DNA from: Eledone cirrhosa
Taxonomy: Eukaryota
Reading direction: 5' to 3'
Length of the DNA stretch: 64,000 bases
Assembly: GCA_964016885.1 (NCBI GenBank)
Contig: CAXHJY010000879.1
Coordinates: 10,825 to 74,824, forward strand
The notes under the pieces were generated by a model. That model was not told where the DNA came from. It was given only the letters and a program-made list of their open reading frames with translations, and ran no database searches. This document shows, in pieces, positions 63,604-64,000 of this stretch (positions are counted from its first letter, which is position 1; the number at the start of each line of letters is the position of its first letter). A program made the translations under genes and the position numbers.

Positions 63604-63769
63604 AAATTAGCAACAACAACAACAACAGTAGCATTTAAAAACAACAATTACAAGAACACAGACCTCCACCACGCCACACCACACCACCAACCAAACATCT
63701 GATTCCTTATATTAAGAAAAAAAAGCTAATACATGACCCAACTTGTAAATATGGGGCATACACACTCTC

Positions 63770-64000
63770 TCCCTATATATACATATATACGAGATATATA
63801 TGTGTGTGTGTGTTTGTGTGATATACATGGGTGTGTATATATATATATATATATATATACATATATACGAGATATATATGTGTGTGTGTGTTTGTGTGAT
63901 ATACATGGGTGTGTATATATATATATATATATATATACATATATACGAGATATATATGTGTGTGTGTGTTTGTGTGATATACATGGGTGTGTATATATAT
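63770..64000. repeat. 78 bp tandem repeat built from microsatellite motifs; runs off the window
   Basis: catatatacgagatatatatgtgtgtg... recurs at 78 bp spacing. Confidence 0.75.

Overview
Eukaryotic, very AT-rich, microsatellite-saturated DNA. The repeat landscape (tRNA-derived SINEs, kb-scale (TA)n, catcatcat-tailed repeats) looks like a coleoid cephalopod, probably Octopus (inference). Two convergent intron-containing genes were reconstructed by hand from splice signals and reading phase. (1) On + are the last two coding exons of a Wnt9-type gene (2239-2507, 6980-7417), whose acylation motif reads CKCYGVSGSC instead of CKCHG. (2) On - is a ~35-exon gene (10886-55239; 5310 nt of CDS, ~1769 aa, phase-consistent throughout) encoding a type II membrane mosaic serine protease: cytoplasmic tail-TM-SEA-Thr-rich stalk-3x Frizzled CRD-3x LDLa-SRCR-protease-LDLa-MAM-LDLa-MAM-2x LDLa-MAM. 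Its unusual features are an internal protease domain, a Met|IVGG activation site, an elastase-like S1 pocket, shortened CRDs, one GC-AG intron and a ~600 bp homogenised tract between CRD1 and CRD2. Introns and intergenic DNA hold several short fold-back elements with type I hammerhead-ribozyme motifs inserted in (TA)n, piggyBac-like MITEs whose internal 72 bp segment is expanding into satellite, SINE-derived satellites, and RTE/CR1-type LINE fragments. Almost all long ORFs in the supplied track are microsatellite artefacts.
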